From an uncultured Acidobacteriota bacterium (GTDB taxonomy: Bacteria; Acidobacteriota; JAQAZP01), in contig CAWIIB010000009.1 in NCBI GenBank assembly GCA_963836075.1, forward strand, positions 2,208,311 to 2,272,310: a stretch of DNA of 64,000 nucleotides, in the 5' to 3' direction. Below the pieces are notes generated by a model, which had not been told where the DNA came from, searched no databases, and saw nothing but the letters and a program-made list of their open reading frames with translations. The translations under genes were made by a program, and so were the position numbers. Positions 1-9,338 of this stretch are shown piece by piece. Positions within the stretch are counted from its first letter, which is position 1, and the number at the start of each line of letters is the position of its first letter.

Positions 1-111
1 TGCCACTTTCACCTGCGCTGCCCGCTGGCCGAGGAGATCTGCCGGCGAACGGCTCCCGAACTGCGTGAGATCGCCGAAGGACACCGGGTCTCCTGCCACC
101 TTGCGCGGTGA
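1..111 (+). CDS. C-terminal fragment of an oligopeptide/dipeptide ABC transporter ATP-binding protein (OppD/DppF-type C-terminal domain), 5' truncated by window
   Basis: Frame 1 translates CHFHLRCPLAEEICRRTAPELREIAEGHRVSCHLAR* ; matches the conserved CxFxxRCP...C...P......H.VACH tail of Opp/Dpp ATPases; stop TGA 109-111. Confidence 0.5.
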   Translation, partial: CHFHLRCPLAEEICRRTAPELREIAEGHRVSCHLAR

Positions 112-287
112 GCCCTGACACTTCTTCAGCTTTCTTAATGAAACAAAACGGACTTGGACTGCGTATTCCCTTTGACTTCGAAGGCATGATACTTTGGTGC
201 TCGAGACATGGGCGGCAGGGGGTTGCCGCAACCCGTCGCCTGCAACCGGCGGCGCGGAATACATCCGGAATACACGGTGAGGTGAGG

Positions 288-1881
288 ATGCACATGGAGA
301 AGAGAAACTTGTATGCCGCCGGTATGATACGCTCTGCGGCGGCGGTCCTGCTGCTGATGGTCTCGGCCCTGCTCTTTCCGGCCGCGGCGACCGCGCAGGA
401 CGGGGAAGGCACGCTGGAGCTCACACTCCGGGACTGCATCGAAATCGCCCTGCAGAACAACATGGACATCGAAGTGGGCCGCTACAACCCGCAGATCTCC
501 TTCACGGCCATTGACCAGGCCTGGGGCACCTTCGACCCCGCGATCTACATCCAGGGCCGCAACACCGAGGAGGACCGGCTCTCCTACTTCGGTTACGAAG
601 TGCAGGGAACAGAGGCCTCGCGCTGGCTGGCCACCGGGTATGACCAGACCTTCACCCCGGGCACCAACATCAGCTTCGACTTCTTCCTGCGCAGCAACAC
701 CTCCGAGGAGGAGTTTCTCGGCGAGGCCTCCTCGTCCGACTCCTGGCTCGCCGACGCCCAGTTCACCGTGACCCAGCCCCTGCTGCGCAACTTCGGCCGG
801 GACCTGAACAAGCGGAACATCTACATCGCCCAGAACAATCTCGACATCTCCAACGAGATGTTCCGCGGCGAGGTGATCGATGTCCTGAACAACGTGCAGT
901 CCGCGTACTGGAACCTCAAATACACCATCGGCTGGCTCGGGGTGGAGCAGCAGTCGCTCAAGCGGGCCCAGGACCTCTACGACCTGAACAAGGTCAAGGT
1001 GGAGGTGGGCGCCCTGCCGCCCATCGAGATCACCACCGCCGAGGCGGAGGTGGCGGCGCGGCAGGTGGCGATCATCGTCGCCGAGAACGATGTCCGGGAG
1101 GCCAAGGACGCCTTGCGCAAAATACTCAACCTGCCGGCGGAGCTTTCCGACTGGGAGCGGGACGTGATCCCGGTGGACAACGCTGATTTCGACCCGGTGG
1201 ACGATCGACTGGCAGCGGGAGGTGGAACTGGCCTTCACCAACCGCCCCGACCTGATCCAGGCCCGCCTCGACCTGAAGAACAAGCTGATCGACATCGACT
1301 TCCGCGAGAACCAGATCAAGCCGGACCTCAGCCTCGAGGCCGGGTACGGTCAGGCCGGCCTGGATCAGGACCGCTACGACCAGGGAACCGGCGAGCTATT
1401 GTACAATGCCAGCCTCGGCGAGGCCCTGAAGGGGATGGTGGACGGCGACCTGATGGACTGGCACGTGGGCGCCACCTTCTCCATGCCGCTGCGCAACCGC
1501 ACGGCCAAGGCCAATTTCGCCGCGGCCAAGCTGGAGAAGACCAGGGCCGAGCTCTCGCTGCAGCGCCTGGAGCAGGATGTGATCGTGGAGGTCCGTTTCG
1601 CCATCCGGACCCTGTTGAGTTCTGCCGAACAGGTGGCGGCCTCGAAGATATCGGTCCGGCTGGCCGAAGAAAAGCTGGCCGCCGAGGGAAAGAAATTCGA
1701 AAACGGCCTGAGCACCAGCTACAATGTGGTGCTGATGCAGGAGGACCTGGTGCAGCAGCAAGCCGGGTATGCCCGAGCGCTGCTCGACTTCAAGAAGGCC
1801 GAGTACGGCCTCGAGGCGGCCAAGGGCACACTGCTGGAATACCTCGGCGTGGAGATGGCATCCACCACCGAAGACGAGTAG
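288..1881 (+). CDS. TolC-family outer membrane efflux protein, interrupted by a +1 frameshift near 1186-1215 (N-part in frame of 108..; C-part = ORF 1222..1881)
   Basis: Signal peptide MHMEKRNLYAAGMIRSAAAVLLLMVSALLFPAAATAQ, TolC-like repeats (LRDCIEIALQNNMDIEVGRY ; ...REVELAFTNRPDLIQARLDL...); frames join as DPVDDRL | EVELAFTNRPDL; RBS GAGGTGAGG before ATG 288. Confidence 0.75.
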
Positions 1882-1901
1882 TCTGGGGATACGGTCACAG
1901 C

Positions 1902-2582
1902 ATGCTGATCAGTATCGAATCCCTGGCCAAGCACTACCAGCTGGGCTCCACCCGGGTGGAGGCCCTGCGCGGCCTCGACCTGGCGGTGGAGGCCGGGGAA
2001 TACCTGGCCATCATGGGCCCCTCCGGTTCGGGCAAGTCGACACTGATGAACCTCATCGGCTGTCTCGACACTCCCACCCGCGGCTCATACCGGCTGGAAG
2101 GGAGCGAGATTTCCTCCCTTGACGACCGGCAGCTGGCCGCCATCCGCAATCGCAAAATCGGTTTCATCTTCCAGACCTTCAACCTGCTGCCGCGGATGAG
2201 CGCCCTGCACAACGTGGAGCTGCCCCTGGTCTACCGCGGCCTGCCCCCGGCCCAGCGCCGCAAGGCGGCCACCGCAGCGCTGCAGGCGGTGGGTCTGGCC
2301 GACCGGGCCGCGCACCGGCCCAGCGAACTGTCCGGCGGCCAGCGCCAGCGCACCGCCATCGCCCGCGCCCTGGTGATCAGTCCCTCCCTGCTGTTGGCCG
2401 ACGAGCCCACCGGCAACCTGGACAGCGTCACCGGCGGCGAGATTCTCGATCTCTTTGACCGGCTGAATCGCGACGGTCAAACGGTGATCCTGGTGACCCA
2501 TGAGAACGAGGTGGCCTCCCGGGCCCGCCGCCGGGTGGTGCTCCGGGACGGCCGGATCCGCTCCGACGAGCGCGCCGCCTGA
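1902..2582 (+). CDS. ABC transporter ATP-binding protein (MacB/LolD/FtsE-like ATPase), no cognate permease adjacent
   Basis: Walker A GPSGSGKST, Q-loop, signature LSGGQRQRTAIARAL, Walker B LLLADEPTGNLD, H-loop VTHE; 226 aa. Confidence 0.9.
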   Translation: MLISIESLAKHYQLGSTRVEALRGLDLAVEAGEYLAIMGPSGSGKSTLMNLIGCLDTPTRGSYRLEGSEISSLDDRQLAAIRNRKIGFIFQTFNLLPRMSALHNVELPLVYRGLPPAQRRKAATAALQAVGLADRAAHRPSELSGGQRQRTAIARALVISPSLLLADEPTGNLDSVTGGEILDLFDRLNRDGQTVILVTHENEVASRARRRVVLRDGRIRSDERAA

Positions 2583-2616
2583 CGCCATGGAAATCCCTTT
2601 CCCGCCTCTGATTACC

Positions 2617-2646
2617 TTGACACGCTTTTTCGGGGTATGCTATAAA
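2617..2646 (+). promoter_or_regulatory. Candidate sigma70 promoter (TTGACA -18- TATAAA) at the start of the 430-nt leader of the exbB operon
   Basis: TTGACA at 2617-2622, 18-nt spacer, TATAAA at 2641-2646; AT-rich intergenic region 2583-3011. Confidence 0.35.
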
Positions 2647-2684
2647 GATCGCTCTGAATTGCGTTGTTTGCTGGTCTGTAAAAG

Positions 2685-2703
2685 TTCATTATTATCATAA
2701 TTT
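2685..2703 (+). promoter_or_regulatory. Putative Fur box (iron-responsive operator) in exbB-exbD-exbD-tonB leader
   Basis: TTCATTATTATCATAATTT; reverse complement matches 14/19 of GATAATGATAATCATTATC consensus; TonB systems are classically Fur regulated. Confidence 0.35.
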
Positions 2704-3011
2704 TAAACATAGAAACACATCCAAGGAAGGAGGTGTGGGCCAGGGGCTGGAAACGTCTTCGCCGGTCAGATCTACATCGCACAGCCGTGCGGTGCAAGCT
2801 GATCAAATCACCAGTTTTCCCTTCGACGCGTGACGATGCGCTATAATCATGCTCAGAGAGGAAGGCTGAATTGAAAACCGCTCCATCGTCCGCCATCTTG
2901 GCTGAAAACTGCAAATCCCTGCTTTTCAAGGCAAGTGTGACGGGCAATTCTTCCATGCCGGAGCTGCACCGCGTGTCGTTCTCGAAACGCAGCGTCTAGG
3001 AGGTAACAACC

Positions 3012-3650
3012 TTGTTCAATTTCATTGACAGTTTTCTTCTGAAATACATTCGCGACGGTGGCCCGGTAATGTATGCCCTGGTGTTGGCATCCATCATAGC
3101 GCTCGGCTATACCATCGAGCGTTGGTGGGCGCTGCACAAGGCAAAGATCAATACTGCCGAATTTACCGGCAAACTGCGCACGGTTCTGCTGAAGAAGGAC
3201 GTCAAGGGCGCTGTCCGTCTCTGCGAGAACTACCGTGGTCCCATCGCCTCGATCCTCAAGGCCGGCCTGCTGAAGTACGGTTCGCCCAAGGAAGATATCG
3301 AGAAGACCATTGAAACCGCGGCGATTCACGAGATGGCGCGCCTCGAGCGCGGCCTCAACGTTCTGGCTTCCATCGCCAACGTTGCCCCGATCCTCGGCTT
3401 CCTCGGCACCGTCACCGGCATGATCAAGTCCTTTGACCAGATCGCCAAAGCCGGGTTGAACAACCCCGCCGCCGTGGCCGCCGGTATCTCCGAGGCGCTG
3501 ATCACCACCGCATCCGGCCTGATCATCGCGGCCCCGACCCTGATGGCCTACAACTACTTCACCACCAAGATAGGCAAGTTTGTCCGTGAGATGGGTTCAG
3601 CCTCCAACATCCTGCTGGAGACGTTCGCCGAAATGGACAAGAAGGCGTAG
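3012..3650 (+). CDS. exbB: MotA/TolQ/ExbB family proton channel protein
   Basis: 212 aa, 3 TM helices, conserved C-terminal motif ...SEALITTASGLIIAAPTLMAYNYF; TTG start with AGGAGG RBS 9 nt upstream. Confidence 0.9.
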   Translation: MFNFIDSFLLKYIRDGGPVMYALVLASIIALGYTIERWWALHKAKINTAEFTGKLRTVLLKKDVKGAVRLCENYRGPIASILKAGLLKYGSPKEDIEKTIETAAIHEMARLERGLNVLASIANVAPILGFLGTVTGMIKSFDQIAKAGLNNPAAVAAGISEALITTASGLIIAAPTLMAYNYFTTKIGKFVREMGSASNILLETFAEMDKKA

Positions 3651-3692
3651 CCCGGCCCGAGTGGATTTTCCAAACACTCCAAGGAGTGCCCG

Positions 3693-4121
3693 ATGCAAAA
3701 GTTAAAGACAAAACCCATCGAGGCAAATATCCCTACGGCTTCCATGGCGGACATCGCCTTCTTGCTGATCATCTTTTTCATGGTGACGACGGTCTTTACG
3801 GTTGACCGGACCAATGTCAACCTGCCCCTGTCGATGAAACGTGAAGAGGTGCCCAAGGGCGCCGCAGTGGTCACGATCACCATCGACCAGATGATGAAGT
3901 TCTCCGGCGGACGCGAAGAGAGTTTCGTGATCAGCAGCGCGGAGGACCTGATCTCCCTTGCTGCGGCCGAGGTGGCCAAGAACAGCCTGCACCCCTTCGT
4001 GATCAAGGCAGACGGGGAGGTGCCCTACCGGGCCGTTGACGAAGTGATGGACCGGCTGAAACAGGCGGGTGTTCAGGTGCTGATCCTGCTCACCAACCAG
4101 GAAACCGTGGATAAGGCCTGA
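3693..4121 (+). CDS. exbD: ExbD/TolR family biopolymer transport protein (copy 1)
   Basis: N-terminal anchor MADIAFLLIIFFMVTTVF, periplasmic domain; 142 aa. Confidence 0.9.
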   Translation: MQKLKTKPIEANIPTASMADIAFLLIIFFMVTTVFTVDRTNVNLPLSMKREEVPKGAAVVTITIDQMMKFSGGREESFVISSAEDLISLAAAEVAKNSLHPFVIKADGEVPYRAVDEVMDRLKQAGVQVLILLTNQETVDKA

Positions 4122-4147
4122 GTCGGCCTTCTGACGGGGGATGTGCG

Positions 4148-4597
4148 ATGCTCAACCTGAAAAAACGAACCGTCGACTCGGAGATTCCATCTTCGTCGAT
4201 GGCCGATATCGCCTTCCTGCTGATTGTGTTCTTCATGGTCACCACTGTGTTCAGTGCTACCCGCGGTCTGGAATTCCAGATCCCGCGGGAGGACAAGGCC
4301 GAGATCATCGAGCCCGAAGAGGCGGTGTTGATCGTCATCGGCCCGGACACCAAGCTTACGGTGGACGGTGACCCGATGGAGCTCGATGGTGTGCTCGCTT
4401 ACCTGGCCCCGAAACTGGCCAGGAACCCGAACAAACCGGTGATCCTCCAGACCGATCCCAAGGCACCGTACTACGCCATGGTGAGCGTGATGGATGAACT
4501 GCAGCAGGGCAAGGAAAAGCTGAAGCTTGTCAAGGATATCAATGTGGCCATACCCACTCAGCGAGAGATCGAGGAGCAGTGGGGCGGTTTAATCTGA
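4148..4597 (+). CDS. exbD: ExbD/TolR family biopolymer transport protein (copy 2)
   Basis: MADIAFLLIVFFMVTTVF anchor; paralog of previous gene; 149 aa. Confidence 0.9.
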   Translation: MLNLKKRTVDSEIPSSSMADIAFLLIVFFMVTTVFSATRGLEFQIPREDKAEIIEPEEAVLIVIGPDTKLTVDGDPMELDGVLAYLAPKLARNPNKPVILQTDPKAPYYAMVSVMDELQQGKEKLKLVKDINVAIPTQREIEEQWGGLI

Positions 4598-4623
4598 AGT
4601 TTGCTCTACACAGAGGGGTTTAC

Positions 4624-5346
4624 ATGGCTGGCCAAGAGAAGGACAAAATCCAGACGGGACAACCAGCCGATTCCGTGCCGGATCCAGTGACGGAGCTTGT
4701 GGACGAGGCGTACCTGGAGGACGACCAGGACAACAAGCAACTCAGGGTCGCCCTGCTGATTGCCATCGCCGCGCACCTGCTCCTCTTCTGGTGGAACCTC
4801 TGGCCCGATTTTTCCGTGGCGGCCATGGCCAAGGAGGACCGCAAGGTCATCCTGGTCAAGCGGTTTATTCCAAAGAAGCCGCCGCCACAGAAAAAAGAGC
4901 TCCAGAAGATGAAGTCGAAAAAGGTGCCGATTCCCGATCCCACTCCGGACGAACCGGAACCGATCGTGGAAGCGGAACCCGAGCCCGAGCCCGAGCTCGA
5001 CCTCGATGACGACTTCATCATCGGGATCCCTGAAGGGCCGCCGGTGCCGGACGGGCCGGTGCGTGCGGGATTTGGCGCCACCACGCCGGTGGTCATCCAC
5101 CGGGTAGACCCGGTCTACCCGGAGCTGGCACGCCGGGCCAAGGTCCAGGGTACGGTAATCCTGGAAGCGATCATCAAGCGCGACGGAACGGTGGGCGATA
5201 TCAAGGTCCTCCGTTCACTGGGAAAACTGGGCTGTGACGAAGCCGCGGTGGCTGCGCTGAAACAGTGGCGCTTCACGCCCGGTGAAATGAACGGCCACCC
5301 GGTGGACGTGATCATGACCCTGACCATCAAGTTCGTCCTCGAGTGA
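4624..5346 (+). CDS. tonB: TonB family protein (Pro/Glu-rich spacer + TonB C-terminal domain)
   Basis: PEPEPIVEAEPEPEPE spacer; C-terminal VDPVYPELARRAKVQGTVILEAIIKRDGTVGDIKVLRS...AAVAALKQWRFTPGEMNG; ATG 4624 preceded by AGAGGGG; ORF track start 4579 overlaps exbD. Confidence 0.8.
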   Translation: MAGQEKDKIQTGQPADSVPDPVTELVDEAYLEDDQDNKQLRVALLIAIAAHLLLFWWNLWPDFSVAAMAKEDRKVILVKRFIPKKPPPQKKELQKMKSKKVPIPDPTPDEPEPIVEAEPEPEPELDLDDDFIIGIPEGPPVPDGPVRAGFGATTPVVIHRVDPVYPELARRAKVQGTVILEAIIKRDGTVGDIKVLRSLGKLGCDEAAVAALKQWRFTPGEMNGHPVDVIMTLTIKFVLE

Positions 5347-5497
5347 TCGGGCGCCGGTTGATCCCGGTCTGATGTCTGCTGAATTTTCACAGGTCCCCCC
5401 TGGGGCCTGCCGGAAGACCGGTGCGGGTGTACCTGCACCGGTCGCCGGCCAAAATCCCGGCTCATTCGCCGGGATTTTGCTTTTATGGAGCAGAATT

Positions 5498-5833
5498 GTG
5501 GCGTTTGAGGGATATCTCAGCGGTCTTCAGCTTCACGACCTGCTGCAACTGGCTGCCGGTTCGAGAAAGACGGGCATGTATCGCTTTTCCGGGCGGGACG
5601 GTGGCCTGGGACGGATCTATCTCTTCCAGGGGAATGTGGTTCACGCCGAGTCCGAAGAGGGCGGGGACGCCCTGGAGGGTGAACCGGCCTTGGGCCAGTT
5701 GTCGCTGTGGGCCGGAGGCCGGTTCGAGTTCGTGCCGGGTGCGGTCACCGGGAAGAGGACCATCACCCGGGGAACCACCACCATTCTGCTGGAGGCGGCC
5801 CGCCGGCGTGACGAAGCGTGTATGGGTGGCTAG
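5498..5833 (+). CDS. DUF4388-domain protein (small, motility/regulatory-associated domain); start ambiguous (ORF opens at 5372)
   Basis: GYLSGLQLHDLLQLAAGSRKTGMYRF... matches DUF4388 core (G.L....L.DLLQ.L....KTG.L); GTG 5498 preceded by GGAG. Confidence 0.5.
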   Translation: MAFEGYLSGLQLHDLLQLAAGSRKTGMYRFSGRDGGLGRIYLFQGNVVHAESEEGGDALEGEPALGQLSLWAGGRFEFVPGAVTGKRTITRGTTTILLEAARRRDEACMGG

Positions 5834-6510
5834 GCCCCTTCCTCGGTGTCAGCGGACACCGGCTCGGCGGGGCGGTCATACGGATTGCGTTCGATAATCG
5901 AAGTTTCCTTTTCGCCGTGGCACATCACCGTGTAGTGCTCGGTTTCGGTGTAGCCCACGAAGACGATGCTCCGTTCGGACCAGTCGGTAAAATACTCGTT
6001 GATCCGGGTGTGCCACTGGCAGGCGGTTTTCTTGGCCGTCTCCTCGTCGATTACGCTGTCCGGCGAACCGTAGAGGGTCACGGTGTGTGACCCCTCGTGG
6101 ATCTTGACATGCTGCAGTTTGAGCGGGTCGAGGTCACTGGCGAGGTAGACCTTGTTGGCCACCGTCCGGGCCTTGACCGTGTCGCCGGACCAGAACTTGC
6201 TCTGCTTGCGCATGGTCCAGGCGCCGGAGTGGATCCAGCCGGTCATACCGCTTGGCGTATGGGTGGCCTTGCCCCACTTGTCCTGCACTTCCAGCAGGTC
6301 CAGGTGGTCCCCCTCGTGGACCTGGGTCATCACCGGGCTGCTGTCGGCTGGATTTTCCAGCAGCAGGGCATCCATTGTGGCCAGGCAAAGTTCGTCATCC
6401 TTGGGCGGGTCCGAGGAGAAGACGATGGATTTGGACTCCACTTCCGACTTGCAGCAGACGAGGCAGAGACAGACTGCCACTGCGACAACCAGGAGTGCCG
6501 TGTTCTTCAT
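5830..6510 (-). CDS. Hypothetical secreted/lipoprotein
   Basis: N-terminal MKNTALLVVAVAVCLCLVCC signal/lipobox-like; 226 aa; RBS GAAGAGGGGG upstream on minus strand; convergent overlap with DUF4388 gene stop (CTAG). Confidence 0.6.
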   Translation of the reverse strand: MKNTALLVVAVAVCLCLVCCKSEVESKSIVFSSDPPKDDELCLATMDALLLENPADSSPVMTQVHEGDHLDLLEVQDKWGKATHTPSGMTGWIHSGAWTMRKQSKFWSGDTVKARTVANKVYLASDLDPLKLQHVKIHEGSHTVTLYGSPDSVIDEETAKKTACQWHTRINEYFTDWSERSIVFVGYTETEHYTVMCHGEKETSIIERNPYDRPAEPVSADTEEGA

Positions 6511-6589
6511 TGGACCCCCCTCTTCAGCTTGTAATTAGATTGACCGACCAATTTTGTTAATAAAATCTAACACCCGTGAGGAAGAACTG

Positions 6590-6616
6590 TCAAGGAACAG
6601 AATTCCAGATTATAAT
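6590..6616 (+). promoter_or_regulatory. Candidate sigma70 promoter for TPR gene (TGTCAA -17- TATAAT)
   Basis: TGTCAA 6590-6595, 17 nt, TATAAT 6611-6616 in AT-rich divergent intergenic region. Confidence 0.3.
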
Positions 6617-6761
6617 ATATATAGGATACGAATTCGGGCGGGCCGAGGTTCCGGCACGTATTCCCATCCTGGGGGATTGTGGTATGATGCCGGTTCGCCG
6701 GCACGGCTCGAAGCTGGCGCGGGGATGGATGAACCGTAAACTTCAACGAGGCAGGATAAAG

Positions 6762-8057
6762 ATGAAGACCTTTCGCATTTCTCTTATCGCACTGATTCTT
6801 TTGGGCTTTGCCCTGGGGTTTCAGGCTGCTCCCGAACTGTACGCCGACTACAAGGAAGCGGTGCAGAAGTACCAGCAGGGGCAGTATGTGGAAGCTGCGG
6901 CCGCTTTCCGGGCCGAGGTCGAGGCGTTCCCCAACTGGTGGTTTGTCCAGTATTACCTCGGGAAGTGTAATCTCAAGCTGGAAAAATACGACCAGGCGCT
7001 GATCGAGTACAACAAGGCCAAGGGCCTGGCCAAGGAGGATCAGGAGGTTTTTGCCACCGGTTACGACATCGCCCAGGTTTACTACAAGCAGAACAAGCTT
7101 TCCGCCTCCCTCGATGCGCTGAAGGCGGTGGAAGGGGCGGCAAAGCAGGACGCCGAAAAGAAATCGCTCTACAACCTGATGGGCAACATCTATTACAGCC
7201 AGAAGAAGTACGGTGATGCGGTGCCGGTGATGGAACGGAGCGCCGCGGTGGAGGCTGATGCCAGTCTGCTGTTCAAGATCGGCTACAGCTACTACAGCCT
7301 CGGCGAGTACGAAAAGGCCTACCAGAAGCTGAACCAGGCGGTGAGCAAGGAATCGAAGAACACCAGTGCCCGCTACTGGATGGGTGTGACCGCCCTGACC
7401 CTGGGACGGACCTCCACCGACAAGGCTAAGAAGAATGAGTGGTACACCAAGGCGGTGACCCAGGGCGAACAGCTGACCCGGATGAAGCCGGGCAACATCA
7501 AGTACATCTCCCTCACCGGCCAGGCCTACCTGGGGGCCAAGCAATACGACAACGCCATCGCCCAGTTCAACAAGGCCCTGCAGTCCGACCCCGGGGACTG
7601 CAAGAGCCAGCACAACCTGGCCAACGCTTTGCTGGGCAAGAAGAGCTATGGTGATGCCGAGGCGGCCTTCCTCAAGGTGATCAAGTGCAAGCCCGACGAC
7701 GCGTCGGCGTACAATGCGCTGGGTTTCATCTACGAACAGATCTCCAAGGACTTTGCCAAGAAGGCCGAGAAGGATGCCGCGAAATACAGCGAGGCGATCA
7801 GGAACTGCGACCTGGCCCTGGCCAACTACGAAAAGTCACGGCAGAAGAAGTCCAGCTCGGCGGTATCCTCGTCCATCACACGGGTTCAGGGCAACCGTGA
7901 CATCTACGCCGAGAACATGTCCACCGACGCCGAGAACAGGCGCATCGCCGAGGAGAACGCCGAGGCCGAGCAGTACAACGAGCAGCTGGTTGACGAGTTC
8001 GGTGAGGATGAAGTGCTCGAGGCCGGTGAAGAGCTTCCCGACCCGGACGAGGAATAG
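6762..8057 (+). CDS. Tetratricopeptide-repeat protein with signal peptide and acidic C-terminal tail
   Basis: MKTFRISLIALILLGFALGFQA signal; multiple TPR-like 34-aa units (YYLGKCNLKLEKYDQALIEYNKA...); C-term EDEVLEAGEELPDPDEE; ORF track start 6576 is upstream extension. Confidence 0.75.
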   Translation: MKTFRISLIALILLGFALGFQAAPELYADYKEAVQKYQQGQYVEAAAAFRAEVEAFPNWWFVQYYLGKCNLKLEKYDQALIEYNKAKGLAKEDQEVFATGYDIAQVYYKQNKLSASLDALKAVEGAAKQDAEKKSLYNLMGNIYYSQKKYGDAVPVMERSAAVEADASLLFKIGYSYYSLGEYEKAYQKLNQAVSKESKNTSARYWMGVTALTLGRTSTDKAKKNEWYTKAVTQGEQLTRMKPGNIKYISLTGQAYLGAKQYDNAIAQFNKALQSDPGDCKSQHNLANALLGKKSYGDAEAAFLKVIKCKPDDASAYNALGFIYEQISKDFAKKAEKDAAKYSEAIRNCDLALANYEKSRQKKSSSAVSSSITRVQGNRDIYAENMSTDAENRRIAEENAEAEQYNEQLVDEFGEDEVLEAGEELPDPDEE

Positions 8058-8162
8058 CAACGGAGATCTTCATCTGCCGAGTTGAAGTAGCGGTCAGCAA
8101 ACACCGTCCTTAACGGGGCGGCGTTTTACTGTGCGATGACGGAAGAAACGCGGCAGTTGTCG

Positions 8163-9338
8163 CTATTTCTGTACGACCCGGCGGATCAGTGCGCGGTACT
8201 GCTCCTCGATCCGTTCCCAGGCGTAGGTCTCGTGGCAGTAAGCTTTGCCGCTCTCTCCCAGGGCGCGGCAGAGGTCGTCGTCCTTGATCAGCAGTTCCAT
8301 GGCGTAGAGGAACTCGTCGAAGCTGCTGTACCACAGCCCTCCATTGGCCCGGGTCGCCTGCCCGCGCAGCACGTCGCAGCGGCCGTTGACCAGCGACGGG
8401 GTTCCCATGGTCCAGGCCTCCAGCACCACCATGCAGAGGCTCTCGTAGAACGAAGGCATCAGCAGGAACCGACTGCCGGCCAGCGCCGAGAACTTCTCCT
8501 CCTCGGAGACGAAGCCGAAGTGCCGGATCCCCGGGTGGCGGGGGATCTCCATCACCGGTTTGCCGATCACCACCAGGGGCGGGCAGCCCGGGCGCTCGCC
8601 GGCGTAGCGCATGTAGTGGGCGAACATCTGCCGGCAGCCCTTGTTCTCGTCCACCCGTCCCAGGTAGAGGATGTAGCCGTTTTCCGGGAGATCGTGTTTC
8701 CGATGAAACAGGCTGCGGTCCACCGCCCCCGGCCAGGTATCCAGCCCGCCGATCACGTCCCCGGGGACCTCGCGGTTGCCGGAGATCGATTCGATCAACT
8801 CCTTCTCCTCCGGGGTGAGGTAGACGATGCCGCCGGGCAGGCGGAAGAAGTCGCGGAAGATCTCCAGGTCGATCACCGGGTCATGTTCGGCAGTGGGGAC
8901 CAGAATTGCCTTGTGCGCCACCTGCGGCAGGCCGTGGTAGGTGATGTAGTAGCGGTAGGAGAAGAAGATGAACAGGTCATGCTCCTGCTGGTGTTTGTGG
9001 ATGTGCTGGATCAGAGCCGGGCTGTACGGGCCTTCTTCCTCCAGCCACTTCAGTTCCTGGCGCCGGGTGTGCGGGTTGTTGAGGATGAACTCCTGGATCT
9101 TGCCGAACCGTTTGGGGTTTCGCGGGCGGGCCACCGGGAAGCGTCGCACCGGGATGCCGTTGACCGACTCCAACCCCGGTTTCAGCTGGTTGGCCCAGGT
9201 GACATAGTCCACGGCGCAGGTGGTGAGCACCTCCACTTCGTGCTCCCGGGACAGGCGTTCGGCCACCCGGCGACAGAGCATCTCGGCGCCGCCGGCGATG
9301 GTTTCGCCGTAGCGCTGGATAATAAAGGCGATTTTCAT
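8163..9338 (-). CDS. Glycosyltransferase family 1 (GT4-type, GT-B fold)
   Basis: 391 aa; MKIAFIIQRYGETIAGGAE N-term, C-terminal E..E motif region (FLLMPSFYESLCMVVLEAWTMGTPSLV). Confidence 0.85.
   Translation of the reverse strand: MKIAFIIQRYGETIAGGAEMLCRRVAERLSREHEVEVLTTCAVDYVTWANQLKPGLESVNGIPVRRFPVARPRNPKRFGKIQEFILNNPHTRRQELKWLEEEGPYSPALIQHIHKHQQEHDLFIFFSYRYYITYHGLPQVAHKAILVPTAEHDPVIDLEIFRDFFRLPGGIVYLTPEEKELIESISGNREVPGDVIGGLDTWPGAVDRSLFHRKHDLPENGYILYLGRVDENKGCRQMFAHYMRYAGERPGCPPLVVIGKPVMEIPRHPGIRHFGFVSEEEKFSALAGSRFLLMPSFYESLCMVVLEAWTMGTPSLVNGRCDVLRGQATRANGGLWYSSFDEFLYAMELLIKDDDLCRALGESGKAYCHETYAWERIEEQYRALIRRVVQK

Noticed and set aside
108-2582. Single 824-aa ORF spanning TolC-like and ABC-ATPase sequences
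   Set aside because: A chimera. The N-part (TolC) leaves the correct frame at ~1200 and the middle ~230 codons are out-of-frame low-complexity (PRPDPGPPRPEEQADRHR...). The frame then coincides with the separate ATPase gene starting at ATG 1902. The real TolC C-terminus is ORF 1222..1881.
5372-5497. N-terminal extension of the DUF4388 ORF
   Set aside because: Pro/Gly/Ala-rich, overlaps the tonB 3' region; the domain starts at GTG 5498, which has a GGAG RBS.
6567-7613. 348-aa minus-strand ORF
   Set aside because: Antisense to the TPR protein gene.
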